Shown: positions 41,591-63,073 of the stretch, piece after piece
Layout: every line of letters begins with the position of its first letter
Numbering within the stretch: position 1 is the stretch's first letter
Program-made: the position numbers and the translations under genes
The notes under the pieces: generated by a model
What the model saw: the letters and a program-made list of their open reading frames with translations, nothing else
Told to the model about the DNA's origin: nothing
Databases searched by the model: none
Source: the human T2T-CHM13v2.0 reference genome, Homo sapiens
Strand: one strand, 5' to 3'
Assembly: GCF_009914755.1 (NCBI RefSeq)
Contig: NC_060938.1
Length of the DNA stretch: 64,000 nucleotides

Positions 41591-42499
41591 ATTCCGGAAA
41601 GGCCCCCTGGCCACCATCAGGCAAGGCAGACACGGGGACAAAGATTGGGGGAGTGCCAGGTGGGGCTAGACCACCCCAGAGAGAAGATAGGGCACTGGGA
41701 GGCTGGAATTTGCAGCATCTCTGAGCTGTGGGGCGTGGGCATCTCCTGTGGCTTCCTTCAAAACAGGTTTGGGTGGCTTCTGGGGTCCCTTTTTGCTCTA
41801 AATTCTAGTCATCCTCGAATCAAACCACTGGGCTTTCCCAAGGCAGCCAATGACTTACACCAGACCCTGCTAGGCATAGGATCTGGGGTTCAGGAGTTTC
41901 GTTCCTGCTCAGGCCCCGCCTCTAAGAACACATAGCAGTAGGGAACACAGACTTCCCCTGAGGGGGTCTACCTGTCTAGGACAGGTGGTCAGAGAGGGTC
42001 TCAAGCTTGGTTGGTCCAGACGGTCCACGGAGGATGGACTGGCTGAGACAAAGAAGGGTGAGTGTGCCCAGTGGGACCTCTGGGCCATCTGAACCTCAGG
42101 TTAATGACTAGATCTAGTGAAGGGGACTAGTGCCTCTCCTCCAGGAAGTCTTCCCTGATCTCCTGGGCTTTGGGGTGTCCCCAGTGTTTCTACGATGCCC
42201 TGTGTTTTCTCCATCAGTGCACTGAGCACTGCCGATGGGGTGTTCAGGCCCCCGTTTGTGAGCTCCATGGCTTCTTCATGTCTGTATCACCAGTGTTGGG
42301 CACACAGTGGTTGCTCTACCACATCATTGAACAAATAAAGACACCACCTCCAAAAAGCCTCTGTGATTGCCCTAGTGTAGGTTATGCGCTCCTTTCTTTG
42401 CTCCCCAAACACACTGTGATTATGCCTTTAAAAATAAGGCAAGTCATTGCTGTGGAGAATATAGAGAAGGACAAAATTTTAGGTAAAGGTGGATAGATG

Positions 42500-42720
42500 G
42501 AGATAGAACAAAGTGGTTAAGAGGAGCAGTTTGGAGTCAGACTGCCTGCGTATGCATCCCAGGTCCACCTCTTATTGCTGTAAGACCTGGGTGGGGCATG
42601 TTACTAATTTCTCTGTGCCTCAGTTTCCTCATCTATACAATGGGTGTATATAATAATAGTACCTACTCCATAGGATTTTGTGAGAATTAAATGGAAGCAC
42701 TTGTGGCTCTTATAATGCTT
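42500..42720. mobile_element. MIR SINE (representative; others at ~9590-9770, 18600-18760, 31470-31620, 35490-35640, 50890-51050, 54310-54430, 58320-58480, 63610-63670)
   Basis: MIR core ctctgtgcctcagtttcctcatctatacaatggg...ataatagtacctac. Confidence 0.8.
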
Positions 42721-44349
42721 GTCACACCGAGAGCCTCTCATCTCTGTTGATGGTGCTGGCTGGACAGTGGGCCTGCGCAAAGCCATCCCAACATCCCTGG
42801 CTGCTACTTTTACACTGCAGGGCCCACAGGGACACAACACTGTGGCGGGACCAGAATGTTTCACCAACCTCGGGCCTTCCTGAAGAGGCTCACAGCTCAT
42901 GACATGCCCATGAGAGGGGTCTGAGCCCCGGGGCTCAGGTCTGGGCAGCGAGGCCTGTGTGACTGACATAAGAGGATGTCTGCTAGGCCTGAGCTTGCAG
43001 AAAAGGAATGAAAGGGCCGGGTGGCCAGAGGAGTTGGGCATGCAGACCAGGAAGGGAAGGCTGAAGAGCTCTCTGCAGCCGCTGACTCAGGCCTCAGGGG
43101 CCATCATGGAGCAGACAGCCAAGGAAATATTGTCCACAGTACCAGAGGCTGGGAATGAACAGGGTGGGCACCAGAGGAGGCTGATTCTCTCAAAATGAGA
43201 GGCAGTACAGATTGTGCACAGCAAGTGTTTGTTGATTGGCTAACTGAGCTGCACCGGATTTTTCTAAACTTTCTTAGTCAAGAAAATCTTGATTTCTTAT
43301 GTTTGTAGAAGGGCCTGGGAATCCGCACATTTGACAAGAGCCCCCGGTGAGTCTCAAGAACAGGAGGTTTTGACCCCAAACTCCATCTGTCCCTCAGTCA
43401 CTGCTGCAGTGCCCTCTGGCAGTGGGGGCTGACTGGTGACCCCCACCTTGCCCACTACCCTCTGACACTCACTCCCATCTCCACAGCCTCAGCTTCAGTC
43501 ACTCCCAGGACAATCTCCCTGGTGAAGCCTGAGCACATCGGTCCATATTGCAGCCGGGGGAGGCCTCCCAGACCAGCCCAGGCTGTGGGATAATTTGATA
43601 TTCAAATCCTGGCAAAGACCTGCTTCAAATTGCTGCAAATTAAGCTGATTTTGCCCCTCTGAATGAGGGATTTGCTCCTGTGGATCAACCCTCTTCCCAG
43701 GACTTGATGAGGTCAGGATTAGAGACGGGGAGAAAAAGCCTGAGGCCGGAGGCCGGAGAGCTGGAGAGCTGAGGGGCGGGGGGAAGCCGAGACCCTGGAG
43801 TTAGTGAAGGTTCCCAGGGTCTCAAAAGGCAGCTCTACCCAGTGATAGCAGAGCCTCTGAGGCCCAAATGGGTCAGCCCCACTCCTCCATCCCCCCAGGA
43901 GAGCACAGCTCTGTACTGTTCCCAAAGCAGTTTGTGGACCTCATCCAATCTTTCCAAGCACCTGTGACCCAGGGCGGAACCGATCACCCCCATTTTACTG
44001 ATGAAAGGGGAGATGAGGCTTTATTGGCAAAGACAATCTGGACTCAACCACTGCCACCGACTTGCTACGTGACCTTGAGCAAGTGACCTCTCTCTGAGCC
44101 TCCTTGTAAGGATGACTGGCGATGCATACACAGTGCCAGGCACATAGCAAGCCCTCCATAGCATGGGCCAAGTTCCTAGCCAAAGCCCTGAAGCTAGAAA
44201 ATAGCTGAATGGAGAACGTGGGGCTCTCTGGACCTCAGGAAGAGTCAGTCCCCTGCCTTCACCTGGAGGTCTGTGCCTTCTCCCAACTGTACCCCTCCTG
44301 ATAGGACCTCCCCCATCCCTGGCAGAACCTCATTTCCATCTGTTTTCTC

Positions 44350-44900
44350 AGGGCCTGTACTGTATATTGCAGCAATTTCAAATGGCACCATTAAAGATTT
44401 TATGCTGGAGACGTTAAAATTAAAAAGATCTATGTGCAAAGAGTCACAACGAATTTAATCAACTTGATTTAATAGAAAACAGCAAATGGAATTTATGATG
44501 CTCCAAAAGACAAGGGAATTTTTTTTTCAACAAAAAATAATAAAAAGCACTTTGTGGAAAACAGAAAGTGGAGTGGGGTGGGGGTGGGGGCTCCCCATCT
44601 GAGAGTTGATCAGAACTTAATCCGCCGTGAACAACCCCAGTCGGGGCTGTTTGCCCACTAATCCCAGCTGCCATTAAAATATTAAAGATAAATCTAATCG
44701 TCTCTTTATCCAAAATAAGCGACTTTTGTGTGGGGAGAAAACATCTAACCCTTTGGGAGGAGAATTAGTCCTAATGCATCAAATGGAATTCGGTCCAGGC
44801 AGGGGCAGAATAGGGTTTACAGGCAAATGAGATGGTAATAGAAATAAAACCCAGAATAACAAATTAAAAACCCTCATTTACACGAATTAAAACAGCTCAC
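44350..44900. promoter_or_regulatory. Candidate VSX2 bipolar-cell enhancer module (~-17 kb)
   Basis: OTX2/CRX-type TAATCC twice (cttaatcc ~44616, ctaatccc ~44657), ctaatcg, cagctg, aattagtcctaatgcat and many ATTAA. The distance resembles that of the known mouse Chx10 bipolar element. Confidence 0.75.
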
Positions 44901-45218
44901 AAAAGAGCCGGAGGCCCAGCCCTGCCCTCCTCGGCCCCAGGCCCATTCCCCCCTCCCCTGGTCTCACCCACCCGCAGGCCCCAGAGGAGCCAAGGCCTGA
45001 CCTCATCCTTGCAACTTCTGCCCCACACCCTCCTGGATACTTACAGGAAAATGCACCCAACATCCGCTCTCCAAGACCAGGCGCAGGCTGGGTTTCTGAA
45101 GGCTCTCACTGAGTCTTCATTCATCTCCCCATCTCTCCTGCACCAGCTTTGGGGTCAGAAAGAACTTCATGCTTGTCCCAGTGCCCTCCCCTACTATGTG
45201 AGGTCTTGATTTGTTTCT

Positions 45219-49100
<3,882 letters not shown>

Positions 49101-49914
49101 TGACCAGCCGCTGGCAGGGAACTTCGGTATAGCAGGGGCATCTGGGAGTCATCGAGGCTGGGCCTTGTCTGAGCCCGGCAGGCTGGGGAATGGGAAGAGG
49201 TAAACCTAGGTCAAGAAGTAGAGTGGAGTAGAGGGGCCTGGAAGGCTCTGGGCCATGGGTGGCCCCTAGAATATTGGAAGCACCCCTGGGGCTAAGGAAG
49301 AAGGGGAAGGAGAAAAGCCTAGCGGTAGGGCAAGGATGGCAGAAAGAGGGGACGGAAGGAGGCCTAGGAGACACGCCATGCACAAAAAGTGCCCTGTGGG
49401 AAGAGGCAGAAGTTCAAAGCCAGTGAGCCCATGGGAAAGGGGCAGGAGGGTGCTGCATGCCAGGTTGAGGCCTTGGAATAGAGATGGCAGTGACCCTTGG
49501 GATGGGCATCTAGAAGCCCAGGGCCCACCCAGGGCTGAAAACAAAGGGGCTCTGAAAAGAAGAGGTTTGGAGGGACCACTGAGGTGAGGCTTCACTCCAG
49601 AGGCTGGATGGGCTTACTAAAAGAGATGAGTGCAGATGAAGCTTCTACACGGCCACTGAGTGGGGTCAGCACCAAAACTGCTTCTCTTCAGCATCCTCAT
49701 CACCAGCCTGGGAACTGTGCATCTGGTGAGGTTACAGGTTGGCCAACGACATTGAGTTCTTTTGGGGAAGGCCACAAGGAGCATGGCTTTTGGAGTGTCC
49801 TGGGCCTGGACTCAGACCTCATCTCTGCCACTCACTTCTCTTTGGCATTAGCCAAGCTACATACCCTGTCCGACCCTTATTCTCTAAAATGGGATTTGTA
49901 ACATAACAGGCAGA

Positions 49915-50270
49915 GTGTCTTAGTTAAGATCTTCTTTAGTTGATAGCGTGACAGAAACCCACATTGAACTGATGGGAATGCTGGAACATTACAGCTCAAC
50001 CTTGACCAGGGCAGGAAGGTGAACTTGAGCCAAAGGAGCGACTGGAGAAGGGACTCCCATGTTGGTCAACTCCCTCTTATCATCCTGATGCTCTGGCCAC
50101 GGACTTTCTTCAGAGGCAGAAAAAATGGTTGCTGACAACTCTCAGGATTGTTGTGTTACATCTTCTCCACCATCAGCAACAGACTAAACCCAAATCTCAG
50201 TCTCAAATCCAGAAATCCCAAGAAATTGCGGGGGGACCTAGGTCAGGTACCCATCCCTGAACCAACCTGA
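49915..50270. mobile_element. Old MaLR (MLT1-like) LTR remnant
   Basis: tgtcttagttaagat...tgacagaaaccc...ggtcaggtacccatccctgaaccaa pattern. Confidence 0.55.
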
Positions 50271-50324
50271 GAGATGAAGATGGCCTGAGAGATGAAGTCA
50301 TTTAGAACACAAAGAACAGAGTCA

Positions 50325-50481
50325 AATGATCCATCTGCCTCAGGCTCCCAAAGTGCTGGGATTACAGGTGTGAGCCACCACGCCCAGCCTATTCCTTTAC
50401 TTTCTTAACAAACTTGCTTTCACTTTACCGTATGGACTCACACTCTCTTGGGGTCTGGATCAGGATCCCCTTCTGGTAACA
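50325..50481. mobile_element. Alu fragment (-) fused to the 3' end of a MER41-like LTR (+)
   Basis: tattcctttactttcttaacaaacttgctttcactttac...ctctcttggggtctggatcaggatccccttctggtaaca matches an ERV1/MER41-type U5 end. Confidence 0.7.
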
Positions 50482-51484
50482 CTATGGCTTTGCACTGCTT
50501 GGATGTCCCTTAAGAAAGAACTTGCTATTCAGGTGCAAGAGTGCAGTTAATAGATGGCCTCTAGCTGTAGCCCCTCTGAACTCCACTGCAGTGTTTGAGT
50601 GACACAGGGTCTGGCCATTTCTGCCCAGCTCAAGCTCCTCTAATGGACAACCTTTGCTCTGAGCTCCCCGTTAGGTTGACTGAGATGGTCAGATGTACAC
50701 TGCAGTTTGAGGCTTCTTCTGCCCAGTTCTGCTTCCTCCTCTTCACCTTTCACAGGTGTCACCCCTCCCCTGATAAGCCACCTGCACTCCCCAGATTGTG
50801 TCCTAGCTGCTGCTTCCTTAGAGTCCCCAAACTGTTTGCTACAAAACCTCATTCGCTGAGTTCAATTACTGACTACACAACTTCACTAGCTGCCTGACTG
50901 TAACCATGCTGTAACTCAGTTTCCTCATCTGTAAAAACGAGATAATAGAAGCACCCACCTCATGGTTTTTTGTGAGTTTTAAATATAATAATCTGTATAC
51001 AGTGTTGAGCAAAATGCCTGGCACATAGTAAGCACTCAATAGACGTTAGCTGAGATTGCTAGAGGTAGTTGTAAATCTCAATAGATCAATGCTAGTCAGT
51101 CATATGTAAACGACAGAGGGTATAATACCAAGTCAACAGGAATAAATCTTCAGGTGGATCTTCAAAAGGCTGAAGAGTAAGAAATGTGGGAAGATGAGTC
51201 GCAATTGTGGACAAGTATAACACAGAAAAAATAACTAAAGCTTGTAAATGAGATGGTTGATATACTCTGAGTTATCATTTATAAACAAGAAACAGATGAC
51301 CAGACTTCTGCACAATCCTTCACCATCTTCGGAGCACTTTTCTGAGAGCCCTCTAAGAACGCCAGGACAGGCATCACTATCCCCAGTTTACAGACGAAAG
51401 AACTGAGGAAGAGAGAAGCTAAAAGACTCGCCCCACAGGACACCACAAGTACTAGAGGCAGGATTAGAACTATGACTGTAACTC

Positions 51485-52180
51485 TGAGGCAGGGCAGGGG
51501 AGCCCCCACATCGGGGCTCTGTCTGGGAAGGTTTTTGTTGTTGTTGTTTGTTTGTTTGTTTGTTTGTTTGTTTTTTTGAGACAGATTGTCAGTCTGTCGC
51601 CTAGGCTGGAGTGCAGTGGCACGATCTCAGCTCACTGCAGCCACTGCCTTCCAGGTTCAAACAATTCTCTGCCTCAGCCTCCCAAGGAGCTGGGATTACA
51701 GGTGCCCACCACCACACCCGGCAGATTTTTGTATTTTTAGTAGAGACGGGGTTTCACCATGTTGGCCAGGCTGGTCTTGAAATCCTGACCTCAGGCAATC
51801 CGCTTGCCTTGGCCTCCCAAAGTGCTGGGATTACAGGTGTGAGCTACCGCACCCGGCCGAAAACAGCTTTATTGAGATGGCAGTGTTGCAGCTCTGTGAC
51901 TGCCCCTGCAGAACAGGATGAACCCACAGGCAGTGTTGAGAGTAGCAGCTCCAGGGCAGGTCCGTAGTCACATTTATACCCACTTTAAATTGCATGCAAA
52001 TTAAGGGGTAAGTTATTCAGAAATTTCTAGAAAAAGAGTGGTGACTTCTGGGTGTTGCCATGGCTACAGTTAACTGTCATGGTGCACTGGTGGGTATGTC
52101 TTATGGGGAGGTGTTTTGCCTCTTCTCTGTTTCAGCCAGTCTTCAGTCTGGTCCGGAGTCAAGCCCTGCCCCCTACCTCA
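51485..52180 (-). mobile_element. ERV1 (MER4-group, MER41-related) solo LTR interrupted by an Alu at ~51532-51858 (-)
   Basis: TG...CA termini (tgaggcagg...cctacctca), reverse aataaa (tttatt ~51868) and internal LTR-typical motifs. Subfamily uncertain. Confidence 0.7.
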
Positions 52181-53178
52181 GCTTTTTCTGTGCAGAGAAT
52201 GCTGGGCGTTACGGAAAAAAAACACCAAAACAGAACAGTAAGGAGCTTCCCTGCAGCAAAGCCAAAGTTGGTGGTACCTAGACCACTGCAAAAGCTATTC
52301 TAGGGGCCATGACTCAAGACACTGGAGGAGGACATCTAGATGGCAGGGAAGAGAAGAAGATAAAGTGAATATCGAGTTCTATGAGGCTGGAGAGGAGAGA
52401 CAGATCCAAGAGAGATTTCCAGCTGTTAGGACTTGGGGACAAATCAGATCTCTGCTATGACAGCAACCCTTCCATTTTCCGGCAGGTCAAAATGTTTGAT
52501 TTCAAATGCTTCTCCATGGTATCACTGAGGAATCACTTGTGGCCTCTAGTAACAGAGATCAGAGACCAGCGGCTTAAACACTGAGCTCATTGGGGCAGTC
52601 CTGGGCTGATATGGCGGCTCACGGGTTTTTAGGCACCCAGACTCCGTCCTTCTTTCTGCTCTAATGTTGGCTTCCATCTTCAAGGTCACCTCATATCCAA
52701 AACAGCTGCTGGAATACTAGCCATCATGTCTGTGTTTCAGAAAGGAAGCCAGAAAAAAGGCGAAAAGAGCAAAAAGGGTGTGTGCCAAATGTCTTAGAGT
52801 CTTCTAGGATGAAGGAAGCTGGGAAGTGTAGTCTTTTATCTAGGCATAGTACCACTGAAAAAAAAATAGGGTTATCATACTAAGAAGGAAGGAGAGGGTG
52901 GAAATTGGTATGACAACTATCGGTCTCAGCCATACCCATAGAGCCAGAATTTACAAAGAGATCTCTCTCCAAAGACTTTCTCTTTATAATCCCATGCTAA
53001 TCACAGCTCAAATTTGGCCCAAATTAGATTATTTAGAGAAATGAATGTCCCCAGCTTAGATTGTGGTGGAGAGTAGGGTTAGGTACCACATTCACATCCT
53101 GTAATAGTTTGGGTTCTGGGTTACGAGCAACTCTGAATTTCACCAAAAAGGGGGTTTACTAGAAAGATACTGGGTAGT

Positions 53179-55718
<2,540 letters not shown>

Positions 55719-57700
55719 TCAAATGCCACTTGATTTCCTCCTTGGCATTTTTCACCTTCTTAGATGGTCTTGCTTATGTCCTTGCCTGTTTGTGAACTGT
55801 ACCCCACAAACAGAACATAAATTCCATGACAACAGAGGCTTTGCTGTCTTTCACCCCACTGTATTCCCACCAAGAATAGTAGCTGACACATAGTAGGTGC
55901 TCAATAAATATTTGTTGAAGGAATAAATACTCGACCAGATTGTCTTACAAAAGTATCATTGGGGCGGGGGGGGCTGTAAAACAGAACGCATGCCTTCTCA
56001 GGGCATCAGGATGGTGGCACCCATACCATCTGAGCCTGAAGGGGAACCTGAGACACAGCCCGAGGTGGCCAGCCAGGTGGTGATAGACAGTCCTGTATGG
56101 TTGCATCTTTCCATTGTTCCACACTGCCCGTAGCTGAACATGGCAGGAGAGACAAGGACATGGTGCGGGTGTCTTGCTTTTCCCTTGAGAGGCTAAGGAA
56201 AGGTTAATGCTGAGGGAGTCGTGATGTAGGGGCTGTGGGCAGCTGAAACCTGATAGGTAATGTTCTGCTGGATGAAACCCTCAGCTGAGCTACAAGAGGC
56301 ACCTTGAACATGACTGACAGAAGTCAAGGCCTTCTAGAGGGCTGGCTGGAGGCATTACCAAGAACCTGTTCCTTCCCTCCCACTCCCCCAGGCCCTCCGA
56401 GAAAACTCTAAGAGTACAGATGACTCCTTGGGCCCTTGGAAAACTAGAAGAAAAAACCAGGCCCAGGTGTTTGAGGTGAGATGCTCTTAGCAGCCCTGGG
56501 TTCTGGGGATGCCCCCCAGCCTGGACCTGGGTAGCCCTTCCCAAGCCCTCTGAGGACCCCTTCCTTTCTTCCCTCCCATTCTCCATGGGCCATGGTAGCT
56601 CAAGCATTTTTGGGGCAGGGTTCACCTCCCTCTATCCAGGATCCCTTCCTCTGCTTGAGGCTGTAGTTTCACCTTTAAGAAAACCAGAATGCAGTGAACT
56701 TGGACTCCAGCTTGGCCCTGGATAGCTGTGTGTTGTTGGGGAGGTCACCCAGCCTCTCCGAAGTTGCTCCCTCATTTGAAAAAATGATACACACCTTTCA
56801 GGGTAGTTGGAAGGATTCACTGAGACAATGCAAAAATTTCAGGAGTTAATAAATGTTCAGTGTGTGTAGGTTAAATGTGAATCAAAATCCCTCCTGTTTT
56901 CCTCCCATCATAAGCCTCTTTACTGAACAAAGGGAACCGAATATCTGGTCCAATGTCTGATGACAGCAGGAGGTGAGAGCAGGACCTTTGCCGAAGGCAC
57001 ATCGAGACTCTCTCAAGAGAACTGTCCAGCACAAAGAAAAATAAGGTTTACCCTTCAGGGTAAGCCCAAAATACACAAGCATATTAAAAAAGTGAAACAC
57101 TCATGGGTGACAGATTCATAATGGGATTATTGATTCAAACACAGATCCTGTCTCCTCCCTGCATTTTCCAACCCCTCCCAAAAAATTGTTGCTGATGGCT
57201 GGATAGTGACTCGGGGAGGCAGCTAGCAAGGGAGAATGATTTGGCTGTAGCTGGTGCTACAAATGACCAGTAACCAAGGCAAAGTATAGAGACAGCATCC
57301 TCCCTCTTCCCTAATCACCCTCTTGGAGCTTTAGTGTCTTATTTGTGACAAAGGGGACAGAACTTCTGGCCTCTCACAGAAGTTGAGTGGATTAGAGGTG
57401 ACAAGGGGCCTGGCACCCATTCACAATAGCAGTAAGAGCCACAATGTATTGAGTCCCCAGGGTCAGACACCATGCTAAGTGCTTTAAATATGTCACCTCC
57501 TCCCACCACTGGTCCAAGTTCCAGGAAGGCAAGGACCAGGTCTTTATTCCCCACCACACTGCCAGTCCCAAGTACAGTATCCTGCTGCATGGTAATAATA
57601 ATAGTAAACATCATAGGAGCCTTCATTTGTAGCCTTTTTGTATACTCACAGTCTACACTGATTCACCATGTGCAGCACTGGATAGCTCTAATCTTCATGA

Positions 57701-59022
<1,322 letters not shown>

Positions 59023-61119
59023 TAAGTCTGGGTCCAGCCCAAGCTGGGCAGCTGGGGAGCAGTAACAGTGACACCTCAAAAGCTCAGAGACAGCCCCGTA
59101 GCCAGGAGTCTGTCAAGGAGTCCAGCTCCCAGGGTGGAGCTGGCCGCAGGTGGAAGCTGAGTCCTCCCTTCACCTTCAGCCTCTGGCAAGGGTTTTTCTC
59201 AGGGGGCCTGGGGTTGTCCCGGTCTCCAACCTCCTACAGCAGGATGGCGACTATCTCTCTGATATTGGGAACTGGCAGCTTCAGACATGGGGTTTGGTCA
59301 AGAGATTTTTCATCCTCATCTGGCAAGAGCCAACTTCATCACTCACACACTTGTTTTCCATCACTCACGTTTGCCCATCAGCTGGCATCTGGCTCATCGT
59401 GGATGTCTCATGATAAGTCAGGGACATGACAGATGCCATTAACATAACATCCTCATCCATCCTCCCAGGGTGGGCTGGCATGGAGAGTGGGCTGAGAGAG
59501 GGATGGAGTCAAAAGAAAACAGCTTCTGACATCAGACTCATGCGCTGACTCATCTGACCTCTGATGCTTACTAGCTAGGTAACCTCTTAGGCAACATAAG
59601 TTTGTGTATCCATTAAATGGGGACAGAAATTCTTTTCTGGCAGGTGAGTCTACTGCTTTGCACAACTCCAGAGGGCACCATTCACATTGTTGTCTACGTG
59701 AGTGGTGTTACTTGGGACCCACCTCCATAGAATATAAGGTGAAGAATGCCTTGAGATTGTGTCACCAGAGATGACACCATGTAAGGGGCCTGGGATGATG
59801 TAGGCACACAGTAGGCATGGCCTTATTATGGGATACAGAGGCACCACTCTCCCAGATATCTCCTGCACCATGAGATGCCCCTACCTAATTCCAGCTGTTA
59901 TGTGGACCAAACCAATGGGAGTGGAGACCCTCCTCACAACAGCCCTGCTAGCAAGGTCTAGGTTCCACATCCTGAGGTGCCTCCTCTTACCTCTCAGGCT
60001 GGCCCCATGGCAGCCACGAGGGTACCAGACACCTTGGCAATAGGCCAGGTATGGCTAGGGGGTTTCCTTCCATTTGGGGGTTTGCACCTGACTGGCTAAG
60101 AAATCCTGGATGGAATCTTCCCAGCCTGGTTTTCCAATCTCTGCTTAAAGCAATGGACCTAGTCCTTATCTCCCCATAGGGTGCCTTCAATTCAAGGAAC
60201 CTACCATGAACTGACCATATGCTAGGCGCAGTGAAGAAGGGAGCCTCAAGGTCGATAAGATAGTTCCCAGCCCCAAGAAGGTCACAGAAGAGTTAGCTGA
60301 GGTGGTGGAGTGCAGGGGAAAGCAGCTTACCTTTTAATTTCCTCTCACCCCCTTCCTCCTTCCTCTCCCTCCACATCAACAATCCCTTCCTCTTCATTCT
60401 GTTTGCTCAATGAACTCTGAAGTATAGCAGGGCCCTTGCCTTGTCTGATTTACTGTGGAACCCCTGGCTACCAGGTCGGAGCTAGTAGCTCAATACATAT
60501 TAGTCGAATGAATTGGGTGGAAGAATCAAGTCCTCCCATGAAAGTTGGGCATGCTTCATGCTTACTCTAGGAAGAGGTTTGGATGTCCATGGTTGTTCTC
60601 CAAAAGTAATCATCACTGTTCCTCTTTCCCACCAGGGACCCCTCTTTCTGACCCATTTATCATTCATTCATTGGGCCAATATGTGTTGAGTAGCTCTTCC
60701 GAACTAGGCATTATACCTTGTGCTGGGGAAGCAAACTTTCCCTACCCCTACATCACCCTCTGCACACCTTGGCCTGATCTTTTCCCAGCTTACCACCACA
60801 CACACTGCCCCAGCACTTACCTCTCCCTTGTTCAACCGTTTACACAGAGGTGCCATATTCAGGCCGCCCTGATGCTGCCAACCTGCATAGGAGTTGAGGG
60901 AAGGAGGTCTCCCAGTCTCTCACCTCTGCCCTTAGCCCATCCTTCCACCTGACCTCAGGGACCTGTCCCTGCCAGAATCTGCCCAGAGCCCCAAGCCACT
61001 CTGCCTCCCGGAACAGCCCTGAACCTGAACCTGGTTGTCTCACTTCGGCCCCTGGGGTCCCTGCCCATGGGCATCCTGCAGAGCCCACCCGGTGCTCCAC
61101 CCCCAGCACCCTGGCCATT

Positions 61120-61743
<624 letters not shown>

Positions 61744-62988
61744 TGAGGAGAGGTTGCGCTGCTGCCTGACTGGGGGGCGACAGCCGGGAGCCCCGCGCCG
61801 TCGGCTCTCGCTTGCTGGACCAGGCCTCCAGGCGGAAAAGTTCCTGCCAGGCCGGGGGTCGCCGCCTGGGCCTTGGGCCGACGCGCCTGGTGATGGGGCC
61901 CGGGAGGATGCTTCGGCGTCCGCAGGGTTTCGGCCCCAAGCGTTTCGGGCGGCCGCGCAGTTCTCCAGTCCCCGCGTCGGGCAGGGCTCGGCCACGGCAC
62001 TCTGTTGGAGCCCCACTGAAAACTGGGTTTGGGGTGTCGGAGCCCGTGGTGCAGAGTCGCCGGCCGTGTCGGAGGGCCCCAGCACCGCTGCTCCACTGCG
62101 GCCCCGGCCTGGTGTAGGATCCGCACTCCTCGAGCCCGATGCTGTTCCGGCTCCGGCCCCATCCCTGGTGTCCAAAGTTGTCTGATTCCCAAATCCCGCG
62201 ATGGTCAACTGGGGTTTATTTTTCACCCCCACGAGCTCAGACAACCCGGCCATCGCGGCAGCTAAAGCGGCCGCCATCCTCTCCCACGTAAGCGCCACTA
62301 TATACTGGAGCCCGGGGACGCGCGGGCTCGGGGACCCTGGGTGACCTCTCCGCCTTCTCCCCGCGCTGCTTTCCGGGAGGTGTGTCGCGGCCCGCTCGAA
62401 CCTCCGATTCCTGTTTGAGCTTGGCAATTCCCCCGATTTTTCGTTGCGTTTTACTTTGTTTTACGTGGAAAGGCAACGAAAACCAGCGCGTCGCAGGCTC
62501 TCGGGCCTCGAGTAGGGACGCATTGTGCCGCCTTGCGAAAAGGACGGTGCTCGGCAGCCCCCAGTCTTCCCGGAGCCCAGCTCCCCACGCCTCCGCTCCG
62601 CTCCTCGCTCCTCGAGGCCAACTTTCCGGCCCGGGGCACTGGGGCTGGCCGCGCAGGGCAGGGCGCAGCAGGGTCGCGAGCGCTGCCGGGGATCTCTGCG
62701 GCCCCCTAAGGCTGCCTCGCTCTCCGTCGTCCCGGTCCCAAGCGCGCCGGGGCCTTTGCCTCTCTTACAACGAAATCTGTTCAAAACCTCCGGATTCGGG
62801 CCCCGGCGCGGGAGAGGTCAGCCTGAGCTCAGGGATGGGACGGCCACCGGGGCGCCCGCAGGCTTCCTGGGGAGACAGAGCAGGTCCCCGCCGCTCGCGG
62901 AGGCAGCCCGGGGTGGGGCCCTCGCGGGTTTCGGGCACAGCGGAGCGCGTCCCCCACTCTGCCGCATGTCCCTACGCCCGCTTTTCAG

Positions 62989-63073
62989 ATTCTGAAGATG
63001 TTTCCTCCAGCGATCGAAAAATGTCCAAATCTGCTTTAAACCAGACCAAGAAACGGAAGAAGCGGCGACACAG
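62989..63073 (+). CDS. VSX2: VSX2 coding exon 2 (85 nt)
   Basis: Acceptor cttttcag|AT and donor AG|gtgagg. Splices in frame with exon 1 to give (D)SEDVSSSDRKMSKSALNQTKKRKKRRH(R), the basic NLS leading into the paired-like homeodomain. The remaining exons lie beyond the window. Confidence 0.97.
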
